The translations under genes and the position numbers were made by a program. A DNA stretch of 62,857 bases, the filler included, from Circinaria calcarea (taxonomy: Eukaryota): the NCBI GenBank assembly GCA_051942165.1. It is 47 parts of 47 records of this genome, joined end to end, with 100 filler letters (N's around TTAATTAATTAA, not from the genome) between each part and the next. Parts side by side here need not be neighbours in the genome. Positions count along the whole stretch, not along the records: positions 36,336 to 37,572 come from JAVECS010005058.1; positions 37,673 to 38,908 come from JAVECS010005059.1; positions 39,009 to 40,244 come from JAVECS010005060.1; positions 40,345 to 41,579 come from JAVECS010005061.1; positions 41,680 to 42,913 come from JAVECS010005062.1; positions 43,014 to 44,246 come from JAVECS010005063.1; positions 44,347 to 45,579 come from JAVECS010005064.1; positions 45,680 to 46,911 come from JAVECS010005065.1; 39 more parts are not named here. One strand, written 5' to 3'. Below, piece by piece: positions 36,336 to 48,827 of the stretch. Numbering within the stretch: the first letter of the stretch is position 1; each line of letters opens with the position of its first letter. The notes beneath the pieces are model-generated. The model had not been told where the DNA came from and did no database searches. It worked only from the letters and a program-made list of their open reading frames with translations.

Positions 36336-37572
36336 CCTCCACACCCTGGCCCTGCCCTCCCCGCACAGCCTTCAAGACCTTTTCCAACTCGTCGTTGAAC
36401 CGCTCGTACAGCGCTTCGTTCTCGGCGTTGGCCTCACGGTACAGCTGATCCAGGCTTTTCGCCTTCTTCTCCGATACAGTGAGAGAGGAATCGATATCGG
36501 ACCGGATGGAGGTGGTACGGTTGGAGAGATTGGTGAAAGTGGTGGTGAGCCTAGTTTCGAGGGTGGCCATTCGGGCCGTGAGGCGATTCAGGTCAGGACT
36601 GCCGAGTTTTGAGCCGCGATGGAGGTTGAGAGCGGATATCTCTTCGCTGATCTTGGTTAACTCGGCTTGCAGGCTGCCTTGAGCTCCTTCAATGGCCTTT
36701 TGCTCGCTCTGGAGGCGCTCTCGTAGCTTCTGAGGACTTTGGAGGCGAAGCTTTTGAGGTGATAACCCAACTACTTTAGGGTATGCGTTGTTATTACTTG
36801 CCGTTCTCGGTCGAGGACTTCTTCGTTCTGGTAACCCGGACTTGAGTGTCGGTATACCTTTTTGGGCGTCTTTACCCTTGTGCGAGCTCAAGTTCGTAAC
36901 GGTGACCTCGTCGGGTCTCCTATTGACAGCTCGTTCGGTCAAGGTATTTCGTGGTATCGATGGAGAATTCTCCTTCTGAGGTGTAAATCCTAGACGAGGT
37001 GGTGAATCACCTTTGGCATTTTGGATTTTTTGAAGCTTCATTGGCGATGGTGTCCTCAGGGCCAACCTAGCCTCTTGAATTGAACTCTCGGGCAGATTGA
37101 CCGTACGCAGTTCTGCAGGCGATGAAACATATGTAGGAGTAGATAGAGATTTCAGATCGGATAGTGAGCTACGTCGTTTCTTTCTTGGGGTCTGGAAATG
37201 TTCTGGAAGCCCTTCACCGATGGTGGTCAAACTAGAAAGGGTGTTATGTCCACTCCCAGGCCGGTGTTGCGGCTGCTCCAGGGAAAGTCCGCTGGATGAA
37301 GTGGGTCGATCTTGCGAGACGGGGCGGGCTGTTATCGGTCTACGATTGTCGTTATCGATAGATCTCGACCGCATCAAGAATGACTTTGAAAGGCTCGACG
37401 GCTGGGATTCTGCCTCTCCAGCCGCTTTCGTGTTCTTGCTCAATGTCCGCCACACGGAACCGGCCTTTGATTCGTTGTCTGTTCGGCTATTCTCGCGAGT
37501 CAGCGTTCCAAACCCGAATCTCTTCCGTAAAGAGGATGCATTGGAGCTGAGCGACCCAGTGTTGATTGATCG
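36336..37572 (-). CDS. Conserved fungal hypothetical protein: disordered region plus C-terminal coiled coil, internal fragment
   Basis: Long open frame; SPQKLRLQSPQKLRERL, SLDQLYREANAENEALYERFNDEL. Confidence 0.75.
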
Positions 37573-39008
37573 NNNNNNNNNNNNNNNNNNNNNNNNNNNN
37601 NNNNNNNNNNNNNNNNTTAATTAATTAANNNNNNNNNNNNNNNNNNNNNNNNNNNNNNNNNNNNNNNNNNNNCTCTTTCCCCCCCTCTTTTCGTTCACAT
37701 TGATGAAATGCCTACGGTTCACGCAACGTTGCGCCTATGCATTGAAAAGGGATTTTGAATGGGGATTGAAGCTATCGATTTAATCTGGTGTTTATGGCTT
37801 TATTTGATGAGAACTTATGACCCCCCTGTAGCTTTTGCCCACTTATGGTATTTGATGCGGAGCAGCAAAATGAATAAAATAAAAGGCTTCGAGAATTTTT
37901 CTTTTAAAAAAACCGGCCGGGGAATGCCCTGCATAGATAGAACACGGCTGATTCTCAGAGCTTTTGCTTTGAATCTAGCGCTTTTTCCATTAGATTTTAA
38001 CACATAATACTCCCCCCCCCTTTTAGCCCTACCGAGCGAAAAAAGGGAAGACCAGAAGAGGGAAGACAGAGTACGAAAATACGACAAGGAAAAACAAGAA
38101 AACAAGACATCAGGGCAGGAACCCACGCCGCTCCCATCTAAAATTCACGATTAACCCATTTTCCCATTTTTTCAAAGAACAAAACCAAAACCAAAAGCCG
38201 GTCGGGGGAAGCAAACCTCTCGAACCTTCTTCAAAAACTCGTTTCACACCCCCTCCGACTAGTCCAGCTGGTCCGGCTAGTCCGATCAAGAGGAGAGGAG
38301 GAAGGAAGGAAAGAAAAAACCGGGGAATTTTTTTAAATCCCAAGGGAAATAAATGGGCTAAACTTCCCTTCCCTTTCCCCGGCCCCCCCCCCCTTTTCCC
38401 GGGGGCTCGAAAATAAAACAAAGGAGGAGAGCCTGCCCTGGCAACACTTTTCCTACATGAAGTAAGGGAACAAAGGTTGTCCTACGAGTAGGAGGGTGGG
38501 GGAGGGGGTTAGAGGAGAAAAAGTGTAGGGAAAGAAAAGAAAAAAAAGGATTATGAGTACAAGAGTACAAGAGAACAGGGGGTAGAATGAAATTTTATCA
38601 TGAGCCGATCTAAGATCAAAAGATGTATGCATACCATTTGTTTTGGAAAAAGCCATAGATAATAGGGGCTGACCGAATCCCCCCCCCCCCCGGTGTTACC
38701 GACGAGTAGAGTGAAGGCGGTGTGGTCCATCGCTCTACGCTCCCTGCACACCTACACACCCACCTTTTCAAAAGCCCTTCTCGCTGTACCCATATGCTAG
38801 CTAGCTTAGATTGGGTTACACACTCGGGTAGCAATACATGTCACATATACATCTTCGCTCAACATACCAGTTACCCGCTCCAACCGTCTAAGCCGTACAC
38901 AATTTACANNNNNNNNNNNNNNNNNNNNNNNNNNNNNNNNNNNNNNNNNNNNTTAATTAATTAANNNNNNNNNNNNNNNNNNNNNNNNNNNNNNNNNNNN
39001 NNNNNNNN

Positions 39009-39442
39009 GGTTGTGTTCTTCGTCAACGCCCCCGTGTGTCGGAGCCACCTTTCAACAGCAAAGGAAAGGTCGAGGAAGACAGTTGTTACGACGCAGCCGG
39101 CGATGAATAGCGGTTTCAGACCTTGGGCCCCGATATCTGATGGCGGTCACTGGCAAGTTCTGCGTGGAGGGGGAAAGTGGGCGCTACCAGAGATGTATGC
39201 TATGCGCTGGCCGGGATTGAAGGAGGCGTAACGGGGTCTTCGGAAATAATCAATATCTATTGCTGCGCAAGCACGAGTCTCTCTCAACTCACGAGCCCTC
39301 CGTAATCCAGACTACCAACATGGCAATCAACATGCCTAGTGCTCTGTTAGTCCTACTGCCTATCCTCAAATCTGGAGGGCATCCTACCGATCCATGTGCA
39401 AGCACTAATAAGTGGGAATACCCAGTACGAAGGGTACCACAT
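39009..39442 (-). CDS. SFK1: Sfk1 (Frag1/DRAM/Sfk1 family) membrane protein, N-terminal exons 39442-39388, 39335-39293, 39237-39188, 39136-39009
   Basis: Spliced: MWYPSYWVFPLISACTWIGMLIAMLVVWITEGSPRYASFNPGQRIAYISDIGAQGLKPLFIAGCVVTTVFLDLSFAVERWLRH. Confidence 0.9.
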
Positions 39443-39838
39443 GATGGAGAGAGACTTGCCCCAGTCTGTGATCCGTACGACCCGGTAGGAAGGTTTGTAT
39501 ATGCCAACTGCGCGATGACAGCGGAGGGAGCAAAGCGAGATGTTTGAAAGGCTTCTGGGATAGTAGTAGGTCTAGGGGAATGATAACTCCCTAAGGAACG
39601 TCGGGGCAATATGGAATTCTCAACGAAAAGAGAGGCGGGATTTGTTGCGACGACGACATTACGTAGACGTGAGGCGGTTTCATATCCGTTTGTTAAATTA
39701 ATTGCACAACGTCACCAATCGGTTTACCTATCGTAAATGAGCCACAATATGGTACGCAAGGATCTTTCGGCCCGGACTATCGCTACGTAATTACCTAGTG
39801 CCGCGAAGCGGCTGTGGCTGTGAAGCGGGAAAAGGTAC

Positions 39839-40129
39839 TTGGGGGTTCAGTTTCTTTTGGCTAGAAACTTGTTATGCTCGGGAGCACGGCACCGATGGGC
39901 TAAGCCCGATGCTGTAAAGCACGGGGGCCAAGCTGGCAGAAACTGTGCATTCGTATTGGCCCACACTAGGTCCACTAGCATAACATAGCTCCGTTGTGGA
40001 TGTACAATGAAGCTATGTAAAGCCAGGCGGGGGTTGCCTGGCAGACGAATATTGATTGGCTGGGAGCACTATTATTCCGGGCCTACCTAACATCCTCCGA
40101 GCACAACAAAGGAGAACTAAACCCCCCAA
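39839..40129. other. Multi-branched folding element (candidate structured ncRNA or decayed MITE)
   Basis: Terminal complementary arms enclose at least four internal hairpins; no ORF; see findings. Confidence 0.5.
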
Positions 40130-40344
40130 CTGGACGAGTTCAAGTTAGGGAAGACCTCGAGTCAGGTCCATATACAAAGTCTAATCCAGGCAAGGAAATA
40201 CCGGCATCAAACCCAAAAGCTGTCACTTATCCATATAGTTTACTNNNNNNNNNNNNNNNNNNNNNNNNNNNNNNNNNNNNNNNNNNNNTTAATTAATTAA
40301 NNNNNNNNNNNNNNNNNNNNNNNNNNNNNNNNNNNNNNNNNNNN

Positions 40345-40660
40345 TTCGGCTCGGCTCTCCGAGGAAATGACTGCGTATCGGATGAAACTGGAAGCAGAGA
40401 GGGAGATATATGCGGAGTTCGAGATAGCGCATCATGAAGCGAAACGGAAACATACACCGAAGGTGTGTCATCGAAAATTCCCTCAAACTGGGGCAACGTT
40501 ATTAATAATATGACTTAGTCGAGCGTCTATGCCACGCCTTTCTACTTGCAAATATGGGCATTGATGCAGCGCCAGTTTCTCCTGAAGTGGCAAGACAAGT
40601 TTTCTTTGACTGTGTCATGGATTACGTTTATCATTGTTGCTCTCATCCTGGGTACCGTGG
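40345..40660 (+). pseudogene. PDR/Snq2-type ABC transporter fragment, interrupted after the first TM helix
   Basis: EFEIAHHEAKRKHTPK-(intron 40463-40518)-SSVYATPFYLQIWALMQRQFLLKWQDKFSLTVSWITFIIVALILGTV; the expected ..GAFTRGG continuation is absent from the remaining ~900 bp. Confidence 0.7.
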
Positions 40661-43022
40661 GGTGCGCGGCTAACCTAGCGCAAAATAAGCGCTCAGTACA
40701 AAACCTAAATCCCACAAACGTTGGAAGGCCACGTATTACTGAGTGGTAGTAATTATGCCTGAATTCAGCAATCTAGAACCAGAACGCGCTGCCTTTATCA
40801 AGCATCATCTTATATCCATATGCGATCAAATACGCGCGTCGGGAGATTACCAACCCAGCGATTTTAGCGAGCAGGGGATTTTTCCGACTGGTCCGAGGTT
40901 GAATCATGTGGCTTCCATTCTTGTAAGATTTGTAATTGTTCTGTGTAGATACTAGTTACATAGTCACTTAACTGTAGCTAATGTGATATACGTAGTCCGA
41001 ATTTTTCGATGAGGTTGGCACGCTCCCCGGCGTGTGTGTACGGGTAACCCCCTTCGAGCTTGGCTGGAGATATGCTCTTCGGGTCCCCGTTAGTCTCCCG
41101 TGCCCTGGTTTCCGTTTGAAAGTATTGTAAATTGCCGTGTTCACCTGCTTGCTTGTGTTTCCCAGTTTCGTAACCTAGGTAATGAAGTAAGACTATGCTA
41201 ATATTAGCACGTAGGCAGCATCGGTTCCCTCTGGCCCCCCTCCCCGCCCCTCTCCTCTCCTGTCGGGTATGTACTAACAGCGTAGACTCCCCACTCGTAA
41301 CTATAGACTAACATATGATTGGTAGAAGTAAGCCATGGTAGAACGACGGGCTCCGCCCCTAAGCAAACGGATGTGGCGTAAGTACCATTGTTCCATATAT
41401 ACCAGACTGATTTCTTGTCTCCTTTGCGATCATAGTACCTAACCTGCATGTCGTGATTTGATTTCCAATGCTCCATTTAGACCTGGCTGCTCAATGCTGC
41501 TCAAGCTTTGTATCTTACTGCCCCTTCTGTATATTGCGATTATAACTATGAAGGTGTGTTGCAATGCTAACAATATGGTNNNNNNNNNNNNNNNNNNNNN
41601 NNNNNNNNNNNNNNNNNNNNNNNTTAATTAATTAANNNNNNNNNNNNNNNNNNNNNNNNNNNNNNNNNNNNNNNNNNNNCATTCACCACTAAAACCGCAG
41701 CCTTTCCCCACCTTATACTATCCCTCTCCATCCATTAGCTACAGCAAACAGTCTTCCCCCCTCCCCACTTCCACTCCCAAAACTACTCTCCCATAACGCC
41801 CCCACAACTGTTTCGCAAACTCACGGCATGGGCTCCAAAGAAAACCCTCTCGCTTGAAAAGTGTGTATTTTATTTTTCTTCAAAACCATCTAGATTACAA
41901 CTACGGCCGAGACCTCGCACGGTGGGTTTCGCGGGGCAAAGGGGGTGATCAGTGAACCCCGGACGAGACGTGCTGGGTCGGTCCTCTTTATTTCACTCTA
42001 TAGTAGGAAGGTGGGGAGGGAAAAGGATATTACAGAATGGATTGACAGGCCTGGATACGGATACCGGGGGGGCGGGAAGAAAAAGAACCTTTGAAACGGA
42101 GGGGATTGCGGAGTTTTTCCAAAATCCAATGTTGGATGTTTCACTAGGATTTTTACCAAGGGGATGCGGGAAACCCCCCTGATTCCAGCTTGGGAAGAAA
42201 GCGGGGGTTTGTGGGTAACGAAATATGGAAGCGGGTATACAGTAAAGACCGCGCGTGATTTGCCCCGGGGGGGTTTTTTTTTTTTTAGAATAACCAAAAC
42301 CAGGGGAAAGCGCGCTCGTTTTTCCCCTCTCCCGGTAAATGGTTAGGAAACAATAGAAAAAACGAAGTTTTTGTTATGAAAAATCATCTACCGGCCATTG
42401 TTTTGCTATGCTAACCCCGCTTAATAAGCCATGAGCATGAGAAATCTAGCCCCCCCTTTTCTTTCTCCCCCCAATCCCATGCCGGGTTCATGACGAAGGT
42501 TTCGGTGCGTAGAGTAGTAGAAGAAGCGGAAAATTGGGGAAGCGAAAGAAATGTAGGGAAAACGGGGATGGTAGGTTTGTTAGGAGGAACTGAACTGAAA
42601 AGGCGTTCTTACTCTTTTTATCATTAAAAGAATCCGATCAAAATTCGAAAGAGGCGCAAAGTCCTCGGACGCTTCTCGGTGAGATTATGAACTCGTGAAC
42701 TTGCAATTAACCCGGTTCCAGGGCCGTACGTAGTAGGTTTCACAAATCTCCTCTCCCGACACACAAAAACTCCAAAGGGCCTCTGCATTAACGGAACCGT
42801 ACCCGGTAGGAGTTCCTGTAGCCCAAAAGGACACCGACTCCCCTCCTTTCCCTTCCATTCCCATCCCCCCCACGCAGACAGCAAAATCCCAACCCCTTCA
42901 CCCATTCACATGCNNNNNNNNNNNNNNNNNNNNNNNNNNNNNNNNNNNNNNNNNNNNTTAATTAATTAANNNNNNNNNNNNNNNNNNNNNNNNNNNNNNN
43001 NNNNNNNNNNNNNAAAACATAC

Positions 43023-43186
43023 TTGTGCGTCACAAAAATCTTAAAACCCGACACGACCTGGGCGAGCGGGATACTGCGGTCCTGGAGCCAGTTGCGAACC
43101 GCCTGGGCGTCGTCGACAAAGATGACAAAGTCGTCGTCTTTGCCCGCCAGGTGCACTTTGGACTGCGGGGCGTTGCCACGGGGCAT
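43023..43186 (-). CDS. RTC3: SBDS/Sdo1 N-terminal-domain protein Rtc3, exon 1
   Basis: MPRGNAPQSKVHLAGKDDDFVIFVDD..WLQDRSIPLAQVVSGFKIFVTHK then GTATGT donor. Confidence 0.85.
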
Positions 43187-43834
43187 TTTCTTTTTCTTTT
43201 TGGATTGGGATGGTGAATTGGGATGGGATGGGATTTGCGGGGGCGGGGGTGTTGATTTGGTGGAACGGAACGTGAGAGGTTGAAAAGGGAGAGGGTGAAT
43301 GTTGGGGGAGTTTTGATGGGAAATTGGAATTGGTAAGAAAGGGAGGAGGATGGGTAGGATTGTTTGTTGTTTGTTTGTTTGTCTTGGGGTTTGGGTTTTT
43401 GAATAGGTTTCGACTGCTTTGATATGTAGTCGAAGAACGGCTACGGTGGACAAGTGGAACGTGACCGACTTACGATCCCGGACGCTAATGTACGTCATTT
43501 CCCCAAGGTACCAGGTATGGTAAGGGATTAGTCAAATATTACATAAGAGGACTTGGGATCTGGAAGCCCCGAGCAGTGGATTGATGCTCTCCACGCATAT
43601 TGTCAGGGGCATGAAATAGGAGCTGGTGTTTTGTGCAACTACTTCATTCTATGTAAGTAATACAATAGTTCCCCCTTCATCACTAATGTACCGTGGGAAT
43701 CCAAAGCCATTTATCATTCCAGAAAACCCCTTCTTTTCGAAAAACTCTCGGTGGCACTGGTAGGTCGATACGCTCAAATGATTGTAATAATACTGACTGG
43801 CAGTAGAGATAGTGTAGGTCTAGAGGTCAGAAAT

Positions 43835-44246
43835 TCAACTGCGGAAACCCTTCAATCCTTCAGTAGACAGGGTCCGGATCAGCGCAAACGGACTACTCCA
43901 TCTCACTTTGGTGGACTTGTCAGTATCATCTCTCGCTTCTGGATTGATAGGCTCTGCAAACTCTTCGGAGGAGCTCTTCTTCAACTCCTGTTCCTGGTCC
44001 GTCGGAGTGGCTTTGGTACGTGTTCCCTTGGCCGAGCTTGTTCTTGGCGGCGGAGTCATCCTACGCGAGGCTGTCTCGCCCGACGTGCTGTCCTGGTTTA
44101 TTATGATTGTTGTCGTGGAACATGACTTGATGCTTCCGTAATTCCCATTCTCATCCTCCGTGACAGACGACAAGGACTCCGTAGCGTCTCCAAACTTACT
44201 GGTGGTCATGCTTGCGATGCTCGTCGACCGTTTGGACAGTCCGCTA
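43835..44246 (-). CDS. Ser/Thr-rich C-terminus of an unidentified protein
   Basis: Open frame ending KVRWSSPFALIRTLSTEGLKGFRS*. Confidence 0.5.
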
Positions 44247-44346
44247 NNNNNNNNNNNNNNNNNNNNNNNNNNNNNNNNNNNNNNNNNNNNTTAATTAATT
44301 AANNNNNNNNNNNNNNNNNNNNNNNNNNNNNNNNNNNNNNNNNNNN

Positions 44347-45579
44347 TTGACGAGCACGTATCGATACCTTGCCTTGTTCGCAGCCATATCCACCACTGCT
44401 TGGTTTGCTTCTTTCAATGGCCTCTTCTGGATCCATGGCTTGACCCCTTTCTTCGCGGATAAATCCAGCATCTCTCTGATCTATCCAAAAACGTCAATAT
44501 CAAATAGTTCAAATGATTAAGCGGTACCTCGTACCTCTGCAGGGGAACCAATGCATGATCCTCCCACCCTGACCCCTTTTTGGATCAGAGCAAACATGTT
44601 GAATGGTGGAACAACATCCTCAGGGGCGCCGACTTGGATGAATTGACCTTGGGTTCGAAGGAGCTCGAGATATCCCATCAGCGGCATCTTGGGCGAGGAG
44701 ACGGTGCTGACTATCAAGTCCAGAGAGCGCGCATTGTGCGAGGCCCAGTTTTTATCTTCGTCGGTGGCAATGAACTTGGTAGCCCCCATTTCCATGGCAT
44801 CCTCCTTCTTCGTGCTCGATCGACTGATAGCAACAACCTCGTCGGCTCCCAATGCCTAGCAGGATAATGGTAAGTTAGTGAAATCGCAAATGAGGGGGTT
44901 TTCATAACACACCTTGGCATATATTAAACCAAAATGGCCCAAACCACCGATACCCACAATCCCAACTTTCTTACCTGGGCCGCAACCATTCTTCTTTAGC
45001 GGTGAAAACACTGTAATTCCGCCGCATAACATTGGAGCCGCCTGTGCCGAAGAGATGGAGTCTGGGATCTTGACAACAAAGTGGGATGGAGCACGGCAGT
45101 AGTCTGCATAGCCACCGTACGACTTGCTGCCGTCTTCGTATACTCCGTTGTATGTACCGACCATATTCTGACAATGATTCTCCATGCCGGAAGAGCACTC
45201 CTCACAATCTGGCTTAAGGCAGGAATCGCTTTGGGCACCAACACCTACGCGGTCACCCACCCTGAAGATGGGATTGTCAGCAACACCAATCAAGGGAGGG
45301 CAGAAGCCTGGTAAAGCATATGATGCAGGAAACCTACTTGATACCACCCTCCACCTTACTTCCAACCTTTACAGCCGTTCCCACAATCTCATGACCTACG
45401 CAGCATGGGTAATTCGTTGGCGCCCATCCGGAGCGAAGAGTGTGGAGGTCTGATCCGCAGATGCCACAATGGGTGATTTTGATGTCCACGTCCGACTCTT
45501 GCCATGTCTTGGGCTCGTACGACTGCCATTGCATGTTTCCGTCAACAGCCTTGGGGTCAAGGCCCAACCAGCCTTGGAA
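44347..45579 (-). CDS. NADP-dependent zinc alcohol dehydrogenase (Adh6/7, cinnamyl-ADH-like); exons 45579-45338, 45261-44913, 44855-44535, 44480-44347
   Basis: CGICGSDLH, VGHEIVG, structural-zinc Cys cluster, APMLCGGITVFSPL, GIGGLGH, KARYRYVLV. Confidence 0.95.
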
Positions 45580-45714
45580 NNNNNNNNNNNNNNNNNNNNN
45601 NNNNNNNNNNNNNNNNNNNNNNNTTAATTAATTAANNNNNNNNNNNNNNNNNNNNNNNNNNNNNNNNNNNNNNNNNNNNCTCCCCCACTAACCCTTTGTT
45701 CCCCCCCAAACCAG

Positions 45715-46109
45715 GCATCAAAAAACGCAACCACAAACTCCTCGACTACGATGCCACGCGTGCGCGCGTCAAACGACTCGTGGAGAAACCCGACAAGGAC
45801 GCCACCAAGCTGCCGCGCGCCGAGCGCGAATCCGAACTCGCCAAGACGGCCTACGAAGCCCTCAACGAACAGCTCTTCACCGAGCTGCCCCAGCTCATCG
45901 ACCTGCGCGTTCCTTATCTCGACCCCAGCTTCGAAGCCCTGGTCAAGATCCAGCTCCGGTTCTGCGCCGAGGCCTACAGCCGCATGGCGCAGGTGCAGCA
46001 ATACCTGGACGCGGATACGAGGGAGCAGTATGCGCAGGGCCATTTGGACAGTCGGGTCGAGCAGGTACTGGGCGAGATACGGGATTTGAGCATTGCAGGG
46101 ACGGTTTAG
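45715..46109 (+). CDS. RVS161: BAR-domain amphiphysin Rvs161 (Hob3), last exon
   Basis: IKKRNHKLLDYD..YEALNEQLFTELPQLIDLRVPYLDPSFEALVKIQLRFCAEAYSRMAQVQQY..IRDLSIAGTV*. Confidence 0.95.
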
Positions 46110-47011
46110 GATGGGGTGGGGGAAGGAGGGGAAAGGGAAGACCGCAGGCGTAACGGGGTAGGTATTTAGTGAGGGGAGGACTGGGTTTTGAAGGTGTGAC
46201 GAGTTATCGGTGCTGGCTGTACTCTAGATGAGATGGGGACCGATCGCATTCGGGGAGAATCATGGCATTCCGTCCGGCCCTATTTGGACTGACCTGCCTT
46301 GTGGAACGAAAATCCCTTTTCTGTTCAACCCAACGTCGGTTCTCCCAGCGGTACAGAGTATGAAATGAATCCTTGTGCTGCCTCGACGTCGTATGTATGC
46401 CCCTACATTAGAAAATCCGCACAAGACTTATCCTCTTTCTTCCACATTCCCTTCCCCTCCCTTTCCCCTTCCTAGTCTTAAGGCCTTACTCCCACTTTTT
46501 TTCTTCCCTTCCCTTCCCTTCTCTTCCCTTCCCTACAACTAGGTATCAGAGAGAGAAAGAGAGTGTGTGTCTCGAAAAATGGGTCCGGTCCTGTCCCGTC
46601 CAGATCACGGAAGAAAAAAAACCGAATGGTGTGGAAAAAGGCATAAGGGCATGCATAGATAGATGGATAGATTCGTCGGCGGAGGGGGAAAGGGGCAAGG
46701 GGTGGTATGTTTTCCCGGTGATCATCTACAGACTATGGACAGATTACGGGCTACGGGCTACGGGGGTAAACACGAGGCTTTATTTATACTTGACATTTTG
46801 CTCACTCCTACATACACCAACCGCCCTTCCCCCCCCCCCTTCCAATTAAAAATGAACCTTGCAGGGTTGCGTTAGATTATGTAGGTGAGTTTTCGTTGGG
46901 TTACAAGCACCNNNNNNNNNNNNNNNNNNNNNNNNNNNNNNNNNNNNNNNNNNNNTTAATTAATTAANNNNNNNNNNNNNNNNNNNNNNNNNNNNNNNNN
47001 NNNNNNNNNNN

Positions 47012-47640
47012 GTGGCGTTGAGGGAGATTTCTGCGCACCAGCTGCTATAGTAATGGCTGGGTTCCTGCTTCCTGGTTCTGTAATAGAGAGCGGTGGTGCC
47101 ATAGGAGAAAGCTACCGTGCCATCTTCTACAGAGTCCGCTTCGTTGCGCCAGTGCAATTTGCAATGATGTTGGAGCTTGCTGTTGAAAAGAGCTTGGTCG
47201 AGATTATCAAAGGCTTTGTACACTACGTCTGGGCCCCAATTCCTAAACTTGCGTAAGGAAAAGAGGGTTCCTAGACGGTTGATAGCGGTACCAGCGGCTG
47301 GTGTTATTGGAGAAAGGGGATCGAGATAATATTTGAGATCGATAGTAGCTCGTTCTGCCTCGGATATACCGTCTTTGATCTGAGTGTAGTCGGCAATCTC
47401 GAAGCCGCCTTCAGGCCCTGAGTTTGAAATCTCTTTCTGGCCATGGGTGATTATCTCTTCTCTAGAAGGCCCGGCGTAAATGGCCGCTAACGCTGTAGGA
47501 TCAACAGGGTAAGGAGTCCCGTGAAATACTATGGGATCTCTCAGGGCTGCCTCGTAACGTTTGGTGTCAAGTGTTTCTGTTTCTGTTTCTGAGAAACCAA
47601 AGTAGGGACTGCAGGGGTGGGTATGAGCATGGACTGCCAT
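47012..47640 (-). CDS. Putative SprT-like metalloprotease-domain protein, N-terminal part
   Basis: GPDVVYKAFDNLDQALFNSKLQHHCKLHW..YGTT..AEISLNA resembles the SprT-like N-terminal region; HExxH would lie past the contig end. Confidence 0.55.
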
Positions 47641-48342
47641 CTGATCTGGTTCGGCCCTGAAACTGCGTGCTCTTGCTTGTTGGCTTGGTCATCCACAGTA
47701 ACAAGGTTTTAACTTACGGGTTCTGTGCTATGTCTGGCCGTATCCTTGGAGAAGTTCAGGTAGTGTAGAGCAGTCAGATCAGGGATTAGCCTTTTCAGAA
47801 AAAGCAGGTATGCAGCGAGGGAAGTGGGCAAAGAATAATTAAAAAGTGTTGAAATGATGTCCGTGCCAAGCCTTGATCGAAATTAGATGCCATGCAATGT
47901 GCAATGTTCAACAGTCGAGGCTACGGTACAAGTATAACTAAATACAAAAACAGACATGGAATTAAGAAAACAATATTCGTGATGCAAACTCTATATGTGG
48001 ATATTACTAGGCCGTAAAGGATAGATAAAAGCAAGTATTTCTTCTACTTATATATCGAAAAAACATACTTGAATATAGCTTTCTTAGCCGCTATACCCGT
48101 ACTATCATATTTATACTTTCGAGGAGGTGCTTTCGTGCGACGCAAAGTAAATAAACCCCTGATAAATAACCCACTTACGAATAAAGCGGAGGCGTTGTAT
48201 TACCGACGAAACGCGAAGTGCTGCATCGAATTGGATTATTATNNNNNNNNNNNNNNNNNNNNNNNNNNNNNNNNNNNNNNNNNNNNTTAATTAATTAANN
48301 NNNNNNNNNNNNNNNNNNNNNNNNNNNNNNNNNNNNNNNNNN

Positions 48343-48827
48343 CCCCCACCTCCACCAAAAAAGTCACCCATATCGACATCACGCAAACCGCCACCGGCGG
48401 CATCAAAGGCACTACGGAGCTTCGTACCCTCGATTGGACGCTGCGCGGCCACAAAGACGGCATCTTCGGCGAAGTCAAGGGCAAGAGCAGATGGGCGAGT
48501 TTGAAAGATCTCAAAGGCGCGGATGAGTGGTTGCGCGGCCCGTTTCTGGACGAGGATGGCGGGGTGAGGGTGCAGGCGTGGGTGGAGAGTATAGGGGGTG
48601 GATGGACGGCGGAGCAGGTGAGTGGGAGCCGATGTTTTCAGGGAGGTGAAAGGAGGGGAGGGTACATGGGTTGATGGCTAATCAATGGGGGGTTAACTTT
48701 ATTCTAGGTCTGGGGGTTCGAGGAGATCAAAGGGTCGAGGTATCATGTGCGGCATATTATTGTGCGGAAAGGGGAGGATTGGAAGCAGGCGAGGCTGGTG
48801 TATGATTACCAAGGCTCTTCTACATGA
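48343..48827 (+). CDS. Fungal lipocalin/FABP-like beta-barrel protein (often annotated LCCL-domain protein); exons 48343-48617, 48708-48827
   Basis: HIDITQTATGGIKGTTELRTLDW..HKDGIFGEVKGKSRW..GWTAEQ-VWGFEEIKGSRYHVRHIIV..ARLVYDY. Confidence 0.85.

Noticed and set aside
39800..40130. Calling the structured element SRP RNA, RNase P/MRP or telomerase RNA
   Set aside because: Diagnostic motifs (helix-8 GNRA loop, P4 CR-I/CR-V, CTAACCCTAA template) were not found; left unassigned.
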